Source of the DNA: an uncultured Dehalococcoidia bacterium
Lineage (GTDB): Bacteria > Chloroflexota > Dehalococcoidia > SM23-28-2 > RBG-16-64-32
NCBI GenBank assembly: GCA_964558415.1
Contig: CAZLDI010000016.1
Location: 538 to 64,537, forward strand
Direction: 5' to 3'
DNA: 64,000 nt
The first letter of the stretch is position 1. Every line of letters begins with the position of its first letter. Made by a program: the position numbers and the translations under genes. The notes beneath the pieces were generated by a model. It did no database searches. It saw only the letters and a list, made by a program, of their open reading frames with translations, and was not told the origin of the DNA. Shown in pieces: positions 34,618 through 44,294 of this stretch.

Positions 34618-35825
34618 GCGGGGTCAACGCACCGCGAGTGGGGCCGCTGGCGGGGGTCCGCGTGCTGGATCTCACGCAGGCCCTGGCCGGGCCATACTGC
34701 ACGATGCTGCTGGCGGACCTGGGGGCGGACGTGATCAAGGTTGAACCGACGCGGGGCGAGATGACACGCTTCTCAGGGCCCTTCACGGAAGATGACACGG
34801 AACACGCCTTCGGTGGGTATTACGCCAGCCTCAACCGCAACAAGCGCAGCCTTACACTGGACCTGAAGTCGGCCGCGGGCAAGGAGGCGGCGCTCCGCCT
34901 GGCCGACAAGTCCGATGTCCTCGTCGAAAACTTCGCTGTGGGCGTAATGGACAGGCTGGGCCTGTCTTATGAGACGCTCGCCGAGCGAAACGCCCGGCTG
35001 GTCTACGCCGCGATCCGAGGCTTCGGAGACCCGCGGACGGGTGAGAGCCCATACGCAGAGCGGCCGGCGTACGATGTGGTGGCGCAGGCGATGGGCGGGC
35101 TCGTTGGGGTGACAGGCACGCCGGAGATCGGCGGCCTGCGCTGCGGGCCCAGCGTGGGCGACATCATGCCCGGAAGTCTGGCGGCAGTGGGGATCCTCTC
35201 GGCGGTCCTCCACGCGCGGCAGAGCGGTCAGGGCCAGTTCCTGGATGTGGCGATGTATGACGCCGTCCTCAGCCTCTGCGAGCACTACGTCTACCTCTAC
35301 TCCTACGGCGGCGAGAACCCCGGCCCGCTGGGCAACGCTCACCCGTTCCTGTGCCCCTTCGACGTCTTCGATGCGAAGGATGGTCAGATCGCTATCGCCG
35401 CGCCCACGGACAAGCACTGGCGCATCCTCTGCGCGATCATTGGCCACCCTGAGCTGGGCCAGGATGAGCGCTATGCGCGCAACGAGGGGCGACAGGCGCA
35501 CGCCGCAGAGATCCGCGCGATCATGGGCGAATGGACCGCCCTGCGCACGCGCCAGGAGATCGTCGACGCGCTGTCCGATCTCGTTGCGGCGGGACCCGTG
35601 AACACGATGGAGGACATCTTCGCCGACCCCCACGTGGCGGCGCGCGATATGCTGCCGGAGATCGAGCAGGCCGGCGCGCGCCCGGTGAAGTTGGCCGGGC
35701 AGCCGATCAAGCTGACGCGCACGCCGTCTCGCATTTATCACCGCGCGCCGACCCTCGGGGAGCACAGCGAGGAGATCCTGGCGGAGATCGGAATGTCGCC
35801 GGCGGACATGGAGGCGGCGAAGTGA
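34614..35825 (+). CDS. CoA transferase family III (CaiB/BaiF)
   Basis: GTG 34614 overlaps the upstream stop. Motif VRVLDLTQALAGPYCTMLLADLGADVIKVE. Confidence 0.85.
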   Translation: MSGVNAPRVGPLAGVRVLDLTQALAGPYCTMLLADLGADVIKVEPTRGEMTRFSGPFTEDDTEHAFGGYYASLNRNKRSLTLDLKSAAGKEAALRLADKSDVLVENFAVGVMDRLGLSYETLAERNARLVYAAIRGFGDPRTGESPYAERPAYDVVAQAMGGLVGVTGTPEIGGLRCGPSVGDIMPGSLAAVGILSAVLHARQSGQGQFLDVAMYDAVLSLCEHYVYLYSYGGENPGPLGNAHPFLCPFDVFDAKDGQIAIAAPTDKHWRILCAIIGHPELGQDERYARNEGRQAHAAEIRAIMGEWTALRTRQEIVDALSDLVAAGPVNTMEDIFADPHVAARDMLPEIEQAGARPVKLAGQPIKLTRTPSRIYHRAPTLGEHSEEILAEIGMSPADMEAAK

Positions 35826-36730
35826 CGACCAGGCTGCGAAGGTCGGAACTGGCTGTCCCCGGCTCCAACGACCGTATGATCGAGAAGTCGGCATCCAGCG
35901 CCGCCGATCTCGTCTTCCTCGATCTCGAGGACGCGGTTGCGCCGGCGCAAAAGGAGGCTGCGCGCGAGAAGGTGATCGAAGCGCTCAACCACCTCGACTG
36001 GGGCCGGAAGGTGCGCGCGGTGCGGATCAACAACGTGAACACCGTTTGGGTGCTTGACGACATCATGCAGGTGGTAGAGCGGGCCGGGCAGAACCTGGAC
36101 GTGATCATCGTCCCGAAGGTGAAGGCGCCGCGCGATGTTTGGTTCGTCGAGACGCTGCTCGACCAGCTTGAAGTGAAGGCCGGGCTGGGGCGGCGCATCG
36201 GACTGGAGCTACTCATTGAGGAGGTGGAGGCGCTCGCCCGTGTGGACGAGATTGCGGCCTGCTCGCCGCGGCTGGAGGCGCTCATCCTCGGTGTCGGCGA
36301 CCTCTCAGCCAGCCAGGGGGTGCGCATGGGACACGTCAGCGACCCGGCGCTTCGCTATCCGGGCGACATCTGGCACTACGCCCGCGTGCGGATGATCGTC
36401 GCCGCGCGTGCCAACGGACTCGATGCGATCGACGGTCCGTTCGCCGACTACCGTGACGCAGACGGCTATCGGCGCGAGGCGACGCAGGGGAGTACGCTGG
36501 GCTGCGTGGGCAAGTGGGCGATTCACCCGGACCAGGTGCCGATCGCGAATGAGGTTTTCGCTCCCACGGAGAAGGAGATCGCCCTGGCGCAGCGTATGGT
36601 TGAGGCCTACGAAGCGGCGCAGACGGGAGGGGCCGGCGCGGGCAGCGCCGCCGGCGTCCTCGTGGACGCGGCCACCGTACGCATCTTCGAGGCAGTGCTC
36701 GCCCGCGCGCGCCTGACGACCGGTGCGTAG
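35822..36730 (+). CDS. HpcH/HpaI aldolase / citrate-lyase beta (CitE)-like acyl-CoA lyase
   Basis: GTG 35822 overlaps the upstream stop. Motif ELAVPGSNDRMIEKSASSAADLVFLDLEDAV, typical of CitE/malyl-CoA lyase. Confidence 0.8.
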   Translation: MTTRLRRSELAVPGSNDRMIEKSASSAADLVFLDLEDAVAPAQKEAAREKVIEALNHLDWGRKVRAVRINNVNTVWVLDDIMQVVERAGQNLDVIIVPKVKAPRDVWFVETLLDQLEVKAGLGRRIGLELLIEEVEALARVDEIAACSPRLEALILGVGDLSASQGVRMGHVSDPALRYPGDIWHYARVRMIVAARANGLDAIDGPFADYRDADGYRREATQGSTLGCVGKWAIHPDQVPIANEVFAPTEKEIALAQRMVEAYEAAQTGGAGAGSAAGVLVDAATVRIFEAVLARARLTTGA

Positions 36731-36755
36731 GGGCCAGCGCTTCCTCAGCGCCTTC

Positions 36756-37379
36756 TCACGAAAGCTGCACTCGCCCCGCGGGCGTCTCCAGAGTGCCGAT
36801 CAGCGCCGGCGAATCCGCCCATTCCATCTGTAGATCTATTCCGAGAGCGACGAGCGCCGTCGCGACAGATTCGAGGTCCGGGTGGCGTCCCTGAAGGCTT
36901 ACGAGGGTGCAGCCGAGCGGCGCCGTCTCCGAGGGGTGCGGCGCGCCGGGAAGCCATTCGATTAGGAACGGGACCAGGCCGTCGCCGGGACGGTCCGGAT
37001 TCAGTGCGAGCTTCCACTCGAGCCGTGCTCCCGCGGGCAGGTCACGGTGTCCCTGGACTACCGGGCCAGCGTTGTAACCGGCGGCCCGCAGCGCGTCAAC
37101 GAGGCGCTCGATATCCGGCGCTTTCGCCGCCCACGTAACGAGGCGCGGAGCCGAGAGCGCATCGAGGCCGAAGGCGCGCGGCTGTTCCGGGTCCAGCTGC
37201 TGGGGGTCGGGCGCGATGATCTCCAGGTACGCGCCGGGCCCCAACGACAGCAAGGCGTTGTGTGTGCCTCGACCGGTGTGCTTGCCGCCCGCCACAGGCC
37301 GGACGCCGGTGAGCGTCTCGATCGCATCCATGGCTCTGCTGAGGTCCGGTGCGGCGTAGACGAGGTGATCGATCGTCAT
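36756..37379 (-). CDS. VOC (glyoxalase/dioxygenase) family protein
   Basis: 207 aa from ATG 37379, with two beta-alpha-beta-beta-beta modules. The 422 aa track ORF is an over-extension. Confidence 0.65.
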   Translation of the reverse strand: MTIDHLVYAAPDLSRAMDAIETLTGVRPVAGGKHTGRGTHNALLSLGPGAYLEIIAPDPQQLDPEQPRAFGLDALSAPRLVTWAAKAPDIERLVDALRAAGYNAGPVVQGHRDLPAGARLEWKLALNPDRPGDGLVPFLIEWLPGAPHPSETAPLGCTLVSLQGRHPDLESVATALVALGIDLQMEWADSPALIGTLETPAGRVQLS

Positions 37380-37420
37380 ACATCTTCCCTCGCTGCGTTC
37401 ATCGAATCTTAGGGGCCGAT

Positions 37421-38590
37421 TCAGAATCCCCAGCGCGTAGCGTAGATCACGAACAGGGCGCCCATAAAGACGATGGACGTTGGGAGGAGGACCTGGTGCA
37501 CGCCGGGGGAGCGGCCGAGGCGAGCGAGGACGAGGAAGAGTGGGAAGATGCCGAAAATGTAGCGTGGCAGGCTGATGGGAAAGGTGGTCGATAGCATCAG
37601 AAGCAGCGACAGCCAACCGTATACCTGATATGACGGACGCAGCCAGCGCACTCCGATCACCAGCAGTGCCGCAGTGAGGATGATCGCGCCGAGAATCAGC
37701 TCGTGAGTGGACGTGCGGGTGGGCCCGGGTCCGGAGGTGGCGATCGCCTGACGGATGTCCTCCAGCGACTGCCAGGGCCAGACAGATGTGTGATACCAGT
37801 GGTCTCTCTGGATCTCGAGGAACTCGAAAGGGTCTCCCAGGACGTGCCAGTTGAGGCCGAGATACGCGAGGAAGCCGAGCGGGAGGAGGGCGAGCCAGAA
37901 GGCGCGCAGCGGCGCCGTCCACCTGTGAGCGAGCAAGGCTTCGACAGCGAGAGCGGGCCCCAGCATAACACCCTGCATTCGCGTCAAAACGGCCAGCATG
38001 CCGAACACGCCGGACCAGGCCCAACGGCGACGTCGAGCCGCTACGAAGGAGGCCAGTGAGGTTGCCAGAAAGAGGGACTCAGTGTAGGGAAGGGCCATGA
38101 AGAAAGCTGTAGGAAAGAAGGTCATGTACCAGAGGCCGCGGTCAGCTTCCGCGTCGTCCCCGCCGTCGATGGCGATCAACGTCTGGATCAGATAACCCGC
38201 AGCGGCTGCCGCCAGGGCGGACACGAGAAGGCCGGAGAGGAAGTAGCTGTGCAGAACAACGTTGACGATCGCGATCAGTAACGGGTAGAGGGGGAAGAAG
38301 ACGATGAAGAGCCGGTCACCCTCTTCGTCGCGATAGCCCACTTCCGCTATGCGAAGGTAGTGCGAGGCGTCCCAGCGGTTGAAAGTTTCATAAAGGATGT
38401 CCGGGATGGATGCGTGCTCGCGCCCGATAATGAGATAGCCCGTGACGTACGCCGCGAGGATGAGCCCGATGCGGAAACCCAGGGCGACGAACAAAGAGCG
38501 ACGCAGGAAACGTCGGGATTCTTCGTTCAGGTGAAATCGGCTGCGCAGTTGCCGCCAGTCGATCCGGGACAAGCGCTCCGCGAAGGCCAT
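37421..38590 (-). CDS. PIG-V/Gpi18-like mannosyltransferase family integral membrane protein
   Basis: Multi-TM protein with an NRWDASHYLRIAEVGY motif, characteristic of the Mannosyl_trans2 family as I recall it. Confidence 0.55.
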   Translation of the reverse strand: MAFAERLSRIDWRQLRSRFHLNEESRRFLRRSLFVALGFRIGLILAAYVTGYLIIGREHASIPDILYETFNRWDASHYLRIAEVGYRDEEGDRLFIVFFPLYPLLIAIVNVVLHSYFLSGLLVSALAAAAAGYLIQTLIAIDGGDDAEADRGLWYMTFFPTAFFMALPYTESLFLATSLASFVAARRRRWAWSGVFGMLAVLTRMQGVMLGPALAVEALLAHRWTAPLRAFWLALLPLGFLAYLGLNWHVLGDPFEFLEIQRDHWYHTSVWPWQSLEDIRQAIATSGPGPTRTSTHELILGAIILTAALLVIGVRWLRPSYQVYGWLSLLLMLSTTFPISLPRYIFGIFPLFLVLARLGRSPGVHQVLLPTSIVFMGALFVIYATRWGF

Positions 38591-38663
38591 CCTGCGGGTT
38601 AGTGTACCTGCTGAACCCCGCGTGGCGACAACCGGGCCGCCCGTAGCGACGATGTGAACGCCG

Positions 38664-39866
38664 TTAGGGCGTAGGGGCGGACGCGGTCTCAGGCGGGATG
38701 AGTCGCCTGATCTCCATCAGATTGCTGTAGTAGGCGATGCCGTCGGGGCTTACCGCGATGTCCCACCAGCAGTCGTTGGCGAGAACATCGCCGCCGGTCA
38801 CCTGATCGAAGCCCGGACCCGACAGCACGAGGCGGCGCATCAACTGAGTGCGCGATTCGCAGACGAGCAGGGAATCTCCGAGCGTTGGGTAGGCGCTTCC
38901 GGAGATGAACTCCATTCCTGTAACGGCAACCGCGGACTCGAACGAATCGGCAGCCCGTCCGTCGAATGAAAAGTAGTGGATCGCCGGCACCTGCTCTCGC
39001 AAGTCGCAATCGACGTACGGGAATTGGCCCTGAGGCCAGCCGTGGTTGCCCCCCGACTTGACGATGTTGAGCTCTTCGCAGGTGACGCCTGCATTGTTGT
39101 CGCCGCCGTACATCCGTCTGGACTGCGGGTGGAAGGTGAAGTCGAAAGGCTGCCGGAAACCGTAGGCGTAGATGCGTTCGTCCACACCGGTCTGTCCGAG
39201 GAACGGATTTCCAGGGGCGGCTGAGCCATCTTCCTTGTTGACGCGAAGGACCTTGCCGATTGGCGTGCCCAGGTCTTGAGGGAGCTCCAGCCCGAGAGGA
39301 CCCCGGTCGTCTGGGACATCGTAGTCACCCAAAGTCAGGTAGAGGAAGCCGTCGGGTCCGAAATGCAGCGCCCCATTGACGCTGAACGGATGCTCCGAGC
39401 CCTTTTCCGGGAGCTTGTCCACTATCACGGTCTCATCTTCGCCCACGTTCGCGGAGTCCGTGAAGCGAACGACCATCGGCGATCCGGTGAGCGACCCTGG
39501 GGCCGTCAGATGGAAGAAATAAGCGTAAACGTAATGATTGCTCTCGAACTCCGGGTCGATCGCCAGGCCGCTGAATCCGAGCTGGTTGATGCCCCCCGAC
39601 TCTACGTGGGCGAACGGCTGGGTGAGTAGGTTGCCATCCGGCGTCAGGATCCGGATGTTGCCGGTCCAGTGCTCCGCGTAGAAGAGACGGCCGTCCGGCG
39701 CGAACGCCATAGCGTCAACCTGACCGGAAGTGGGTGTGACAAGCTCTGACTTGATGCCAAACGGGTTATCGTCACCTCCCCCATCACCACAGCCGAAAGA
39801 GACGAGCAGCGCAGAGCAGAGCAGAGCGACGAGCGCGGATTGTCTGACCGCGATCTGCCGGCGCAT
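38664..39866 (-). CDS. PQQ-dependent sugar dehydrogenase-like beta-propeller lipoprotein
   Basis: Lipoprotein signal LLVSFGC followed by an SGDH-like propeller (FAPDGRLFYAEHWTGNIRIL). Start chosen at ATG 39866. Confidence 0.65.
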   Translation of the reverse strand: MRRQIAVRQSALVALLCSALLVSFGCGDGGGDDNPFGIKSELVTPTSGQVDAMAFAPDGRLFYAEHWTGNIRILTPDGNLLTQPFAHVESGGINQLGFSGLAIDPEFESNHYVYAYFFHLTAPGSLTGSPMVVRFTDSANVGEDETVIVDKLPEKGSEHPFSVNGALHFGPDGFLYLTLGDYDVPDDRGPLGLELPQDLGTPIGKVLRVNKEDGSAAPGNPFLGQTGVDERIYAYGFRQPFDFTFHPQSRRMYGGDNNAGVTCEELNIVKSGGNHGWPQGQFPYVDCDLREQVPAIHYFSFDGRAADSFESAVAVTGMEFISGSAYPTLGDSLLVCESRTQLMRRLVLSGPGFDQVTGGDVLANDCWWDIAVSPDGIAYYSNLMEIRRLIPPETASAPTP

Positions 39867-39886
39867 CGATTGGTGGGCGACCATAC

Positions 39887-41329
39887 ATGACGAAGGATAT
39901 GACGGCTGGTAGAGACGCGTCCAGTGCAGTCTCGGCCCTCTGGGTTCAAGTTGCCGCCGTAAACGGCCCTCACTATGCTTGCCTGGTGGAGAAAGACACG
40001 ACGAAGGCAAGCGCCGGAGGCCCCGATCGCCGCTCTGAGGAGGTCGTCAGGGACCCGTCGAGGCTGTATTCCCGGCTATCTATCTCCCCGCTGATCCCGG
40101 TGCTGGTGTCTGCGCTTGTCCTGCGGCTGCTGCTGGCGGCTTTGCCCGGTTTCGAAATCGATATTGGCTTCTTTCGCAGCTGGAGTGAGCAGCTGGGTGC
40201 AGATCACCCCTGGAATTTCTACGATGCCGCGCACGTCGCCAACTATACGCCCGCGTACTTGTACGTCCTCTGGGGGATCGGCGAGCTGCACGGCGTGTTG
40301 CATTTCAGCGCGGGAGAGTTCGAGTACCTGCTGAAGTTGCCACCCATCGCTACCGACCTCGCCTCGGGGTATCTCCTTTACCGGATGCTGGAAGGGCGGA
40401 GGAGTTGCGTCCGAGCGGCGGCTGCAGCAGCTTACCTGTTCTTTCCGGCAACTCTTTTCATCGGGGCGGTCTGGGGTCAGGTGGACAGCCTGGTAGCCTT
40501 TCTAATTCTGCTTTCTGTCTACTTCATCGGCCGGGGACGTCCGCTGGCAGGCGCGCTCGCGTTCACTGTGGGCTTCCTCGTGAAGCCGCTGGTTATAGCG
40601 GCTCTGCCCTTCCTGGCGATCTGGATCATGAGGCGGCACCCGCCCGGAACATGGCTGCGGATCGCAGGCGCCTCCACGGCGTTGGTCTTGCTGGTGATAC
40701 TTCCGTTCTTCCTGCTTAGACCCTGGGAGTTCATCGAACAGTTGCGCGAAATGAGCAACGTCGACGAATCGAACTCGTACTGGGCCTACAACTTCTGGAA
40801 CGTGTTCGGCTTCTTCGACTCCGGGTTCCGGGGCGACGACGCTCAACACTTCGGGCTGGCGAACCGATACTGGGGGTTTTTGATGTTTGCAGCGGGCGCC
40901 GGACTGACGATCGCCGCCACCTGGCGGAGTGAGGGCATGGGCGCGCTGGCACTCGGAACGGCGTTGTCGATGTTCGTGTTCTATCTGTTCGTGACCCGCA
41001 TGCACGAGAGATACGTCTTTCCTGTGTTCCTACCGCTGCTCGCGGCGGCTGTGCTGACACAGAGCCGGCTCATATTCGTGGTGTACGCCGGTCTGGGGGT
41101 GGTACATCTAGCGAACCTCTACTGGGTGTACTACTACTTCAACGACAACGAACTGAGGGTGGATTGGCTCTACCGCTGGTTCTCGGACGGCGACGCTCTG
41201 GGCCTTAGCGCCGTCGTGGGGCTGAGCCTGGAGACGACCCAGTTGTTCTCCATAGCGATGGTGGCGGCGCTCCCTGTCCTGCTTGCCGCGGGCGCCCTGC
41301 TCCGGCCGCGGGGACGGGTTGGCAGCTAG
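39887..41329 (+). CDS. GT-C-type glycosyltransferase-like polytopic membrane protein (PMT/ArnT/DUF2079-like)
   Basis: About 12 TM segments and a first loop carrying an acidic motif. The start is uncertain, since a GAGGAGG lies at 40037-40043. Confidence 0.45.
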   Translation: MTKDMTAGRDASSAVSALWVQVAAVNGPHYACLVEKDTTKASAGGPDRRSEEVVRDPSRLYSRLSISPLIPVLVSALVLRLLLAALPGFEIDIGFFRSWSEQLGADHPWNFYDAAHVANYTPAYLYVLWGIGELHGVLHFSAGEFEYLLKLPPIATDLASGYLLYRMLEGRRSCVRAAAAAAYLFFPATLFIGAVWGQVDSLVAFLILLSVYFIGRGRPLAGALAFTVGFLVKPLVIAALPFLAIWIMRRHPPGTWLRIAGASTALVLLVILPFFLLRPWEFIEQLREMSNVDESNSYWAYNFWNVFGFFDSGFRGDDAQHFGLANRYWGFLMFAAGAGLTIAATWRSEGMGALALGTALSMFVFYLFVTRMHERYVFPVFLPLLAAAVLTQSRLIFVVYAGLGVVHLANLYWVYYYFNDNELRVDWLYRWFSDGDALGLSAVVGLSLETTQLFSIAMVAALPVLLAAGALLRPRGRVGS

Positions 41330-41437
41330 AACGCCCGGTCCATCAGCCGACGGCTGGGGGCCTGCAATTTTGGCGAGCCAGTTCGCGTTATCCACTCCCG
41401 CCGTCAGCCTGCCCCGGAGATAGGCGCTCAGCAGCCG

Positions 41438-42073
41438 TCAGTCCGTGAGTGTCAATTCGTAGTCTGCCGTCACATCGATTCCCTCGGATGCGGACTGGTA
41501 GACGGTCTTTCCATCACATTTCTGCACCCGCAACTGGTTGCTCCCGCTGGCGATCTGGAAGGCGCCCGTTTCACCGGGCTCGAGAGACTCGCCTGAGCTC
41601 AACTCGTTTTGGCCCCAATAGCCAGCGACAGTAGGAGCCAGGTTCACCACGCAGATTTCCAGACTCGAGGAGTTGACCAGAGAGAACTCGACGGTCTGGC
41701 GATCGCTGCCGACGACAACCGCATCGTCGATCAGCGGATTCTCGCTTTTGCCGACGAAGAGTGCTACCTCGTAGACGCCGTCCGAAAAGCCGCGGTCGTC
41801 GATTATGCAGGTCGCGTGCGTTCCGTCTGGACCCTTTGTCCAGGACTGATCAGCCAGCCCCTTGCTGAGGTCGGCCTTGCCGTCGATCAGCCAGACTACT
41901 GTCCAGGTGAAGCTTTCGGACATTCCGTCAAAGTCCCACGCGACGCAGAGGTTCGTGACGCCGGAGGGCAGCAACCCGGCCTCTGCTGCCACTATGGGCT
42001 CGTCGGGAGATGGCTTGGTGGCGAAGATTCGCTCATCACTCACCTCTTGATTCGTCGGCATTGACTTGCGCAC
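41438..42073 (-). CDS. hypothetical protein
   Basis: 211 aa, beta-rich, with no recognisable family. Confidence 0.4.
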   Translation of the reverse strand: MRKSMPTNQEVSDERIFATKPSPDEPIVAAEAGLLPSGVTNLCVAWDFDGMSESFTWTVVWLIDGKADLSKGLADQSWTKGPDGTHATCIIDDRGFSDGVYEVALFVGKSENPLIDDAVVVGSDRQTVEFSLVNSSSLEICVVNLAPTVAGYWGQNELSSGESLEPGETGAFQIASGSNQLRVQKCDGKTVYQSASEGIDVTADYELTLTD

Positions 42074-42164
42074 CTCCCGGTCAGCCGACAGCCCGCCAAA
42101 CGGCAGGCTTAGCCTATGCCGCGGCCGCGCCGGTCGTCAACCGAGTGCACCGGACCTGCTGCCC

Positions 42165-43019
42165 TCAGGCGCCCGCCTTCGCGTAGCTCTCCTTCAGCTC
42201 GGCATAGCGATCGAGGAGCACCAGCGCGTGGTCCTCTATCACGGGCGCGATGAAAAAGACGCAACGCTCAACGCCGATCTCCTCGAAGTGGCTCACAACC
42301 TCCGGCCGCGGTTGCGTGCCAAAGGTGGTGACAGGAATGGAGCCGCGTCCCGCTTCGGCTGCCATCTCCTGCAGTTCCTTTATGCGCCCCTCCAGGGGCG
42401 GGCCGCCCGGCAGCGGGATGGGCATCCAGGCGTCACCGTACTGCACCACACGATCGAGTGTGTGGCTGCCCATCCCTCCGATGTAGACGGGCGGGTGCGG
42501 CTTCTGGACCGGCTTGGGCCAGGACCAGACGGGGTCAAAGTCCACGTACTTCCCGTGGAACTCAGCGTCCTCCTTCGTCCAGATCTCTTTCATAGCCTGC
42601 ATGCGCTCGCGCAGGATGCCCCAGCGCTTCTTCGGATCGGTGCCGTGGTTCTCCATCTCCTCCAGGTTCCAGCCGCCGCCGATCCCGAAGAGGAAGCGGC
42701 CGTTGGAGAGCAGGTCGACGCTGGCGACCTCCTTCGCGAGCGTGATCGGGTCGCGCTCAATGACGAGACAGATGCCGGTGCCCAGCAGCAGGTTCTTCGT
42801 TGTCGCGGCAACGGCGCCCAATGCGACGAACGGATCGTGCGTGTGCGAGTACTCGCGTGGGAGTTCCGCACCGCCTGGCCATGGCGTCCGGCGGCTCGTC
42901 GGGATGTGGGTATGCTCCGGGAACCAGAGGGAGTCGAAGCCCCGCTCCTCGCACGCTTTGCCGAGCGCCACCGGATCGATGGCGTAGTCGGTGGGGAACA
43001 TCGTGATGCCGAACTTCAT
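42165..43019 (-). CDS. LLM-class F420-dependent oxidoreductase
   Basis: Start at ATG 43019 with GAGGAGG 6 nt upstream. Sequence MKFGITMFPTD... is typical of F420-dependent LLM enzymes. Confidence 0.8.
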   Translation of the reverse strand: MKFGITMFPTDYAIDPVALGKACEERGFDSLWFPEHTHIPTSRRTPWPGGAELPREYSHTHDPFVALGAVAATTKNLLLGTGICLVIERDPITLAKEVASVDLLSNGRFLFGIGGGWNLEEMENHGTDPKKRWGILRERMQAMKEIWTKEDAEFHGKYVDFDPVWSWPKPVQKPHPPVYIGGMGSHTLDRVVQYGDAWMPIPLPGGPPLEGRIKELQEMAAEAGRGSIPVTTFGTQPRPEVVSHFEEIGVERCVFFIAPVIEDHALVLLDRYAELKESYAKAGA

Positions 43020-43065
43020 GCGCGTCCTCCTCGTGAGTGTAGCCACAGACTAGCATAACTGCGTC

Positions 43066-44247
43066 GTGAATGAAGGCTTAAGATTTAACCGAATTCACTC
43101 GGGCGTCGTTTATCTCATTAACGTGGCCAAACGCAGATACGGATACAACTACAGCCCCCGCCGCGAAAATCCCGAGCGACGGGCGAACCCATGGGCGCTC
43201 CTGGCGATCGCCGGTGCAATCGCATTCGCACTTATCCTCGTGGTCGCTTTGCAGGAGGCGTGGGGGGACAGCGATGGCCGGCCGGAAGAACCGGCAACGT
43301 CTGCGGGCGAGCCGGATGACGACGCGCGCGAATCTGACGGCAGCGTGGCCGAGACAGAGAGCACGCCACGGGCGACTCCTACCCTGATCTACGGCCAGGA
43401 AGACACCTCGAGCCCCTCGCGGGGAGGGCGCATCCCCGGCGCGTACGCCGACTTCGCCGCCGGGGACGATCCTCCGCTGATTACGGCGGTCGCCGCGGCC
43501 GTCATTGAGGCGCCGTGCGGAGCGCTGCTCCAAGGTCAGAACCACCACCTGCGCCTGCCACCCGCCAGCCTCACCAAGATCGCGACCGCGCTCGTCGCGG
43601 CCGATAGGACGAACGAGTCTGATCTGGTGACGGTGACAGTGGACGGCGGCCTGCTATCACAGGAGACGGACTCCACCGTGATGGGTCTGACGCCGGGCCA
43701 GACGTTGCCGATGCGCGATCTGATCTACGGGATGATGCTGCCGTCCGGCAACGACGCCGCCATCGCGATAGCGGAGTACGTGGGGGGAACAGTCTCAGCC
43801 TTCACACAGATGATGAACGACAAAGCGACCGCGCTGGGCTTGCTGGACAGCCAGTTCACGAACCCGCACGGGCTGGACGACGCCGGCCTATATACCTCCG
43901 CCTACGACATGGCAGTGCTCGGGGCTCAGCTCCTGGCGAATCCGACGCTGGCTGAGGTCGTGAGCACGCAAGTCTACCAGCCTTCATGGCAGGGGCCGAG
44001 CATTGAAAACAAGAACTTGCTGCTGGGCCAGTACCCGGGGTCGCTGGGGGTCAAGATCGGGTACACGGACCAGGCGGGACAGACGATAGTGGCAGCGGCC
44101 GAGCGTGGAGGGCGGCGAATAGTAGTCTCCGTGCTGGGGAGCCAGGACCTGTACGTCGACGCGATGTCGCTCCTGGACTGGGCGTTCGCGGCAACGGAGA
44201 CGGCGTGTGGGACAGGGGCGGCGGCGAGTCAGATCAGCGGCAGATAG
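43066..44247 (+). CDS. D-alanyl-D-alanine carboxypeptidase (peptidase S11)
   Basis: SxxK motif (PASLTKIATA), SGN motif (LPSGNDAA) and KTG motif (VKIGYT). An N-terminal TM segment and an acidic linker are present. Confidence 0.8.
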   Translation: MNEGLRFNRIHSGVVYLINVAKRRYGYNYSPRRENPERRANPWALLAIAGAIAFALILVVALQEAWGDSDGRPEEPATSAGEPDDDARESDGSVAETESTPRATPTLIYGQEDTSSPSRGGRIPGAYADFAAGDDPPLITAVAAAVIEAPCGALLQGQNHHLRLPPASLTKIATALVAADRTNESDLVTVTVDGGLLSQETDSTVMGLTPGQTLPMRDLIYGMMLPSGNDAAIAIAEYVGGTVSAFTQMMNDKATALGLLDSQFTNPHGLDDAGLYTSAYDMAVLGAQLLANPTLAEVVSTQVYQPSWQGPSIENKNLLLGQYPGSLGVKIGYTDQAGQTIVAAAERGGRRIVVSVLGSQDLYVDAMSLLDWAFAATETACGTGAAASQISGR

Positions 44248-44294
44248 CGCGACCAAGGCCGCGGCGTCTGGAGGGGTCCGCCAAATGTGTGGGA

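Noticed and set aside
33305-35894. Long minus-strand ORFs (33305..34144, 34087..34602, 34773..35894) antisense to the ACAD, MaoC and CoA-transferase genes
   Set aside because: The plus-strand genes are translationally coupled and strongly family-supported. The antisense frames are artefacts.
42066-43058. 330-aa plus-strand ORF opposite the F420-dependent LLM oxidoreductase
   Set aside because: It is Arg/Ala-rich and antisense to a well-supported CDS with a good SD/ATG.
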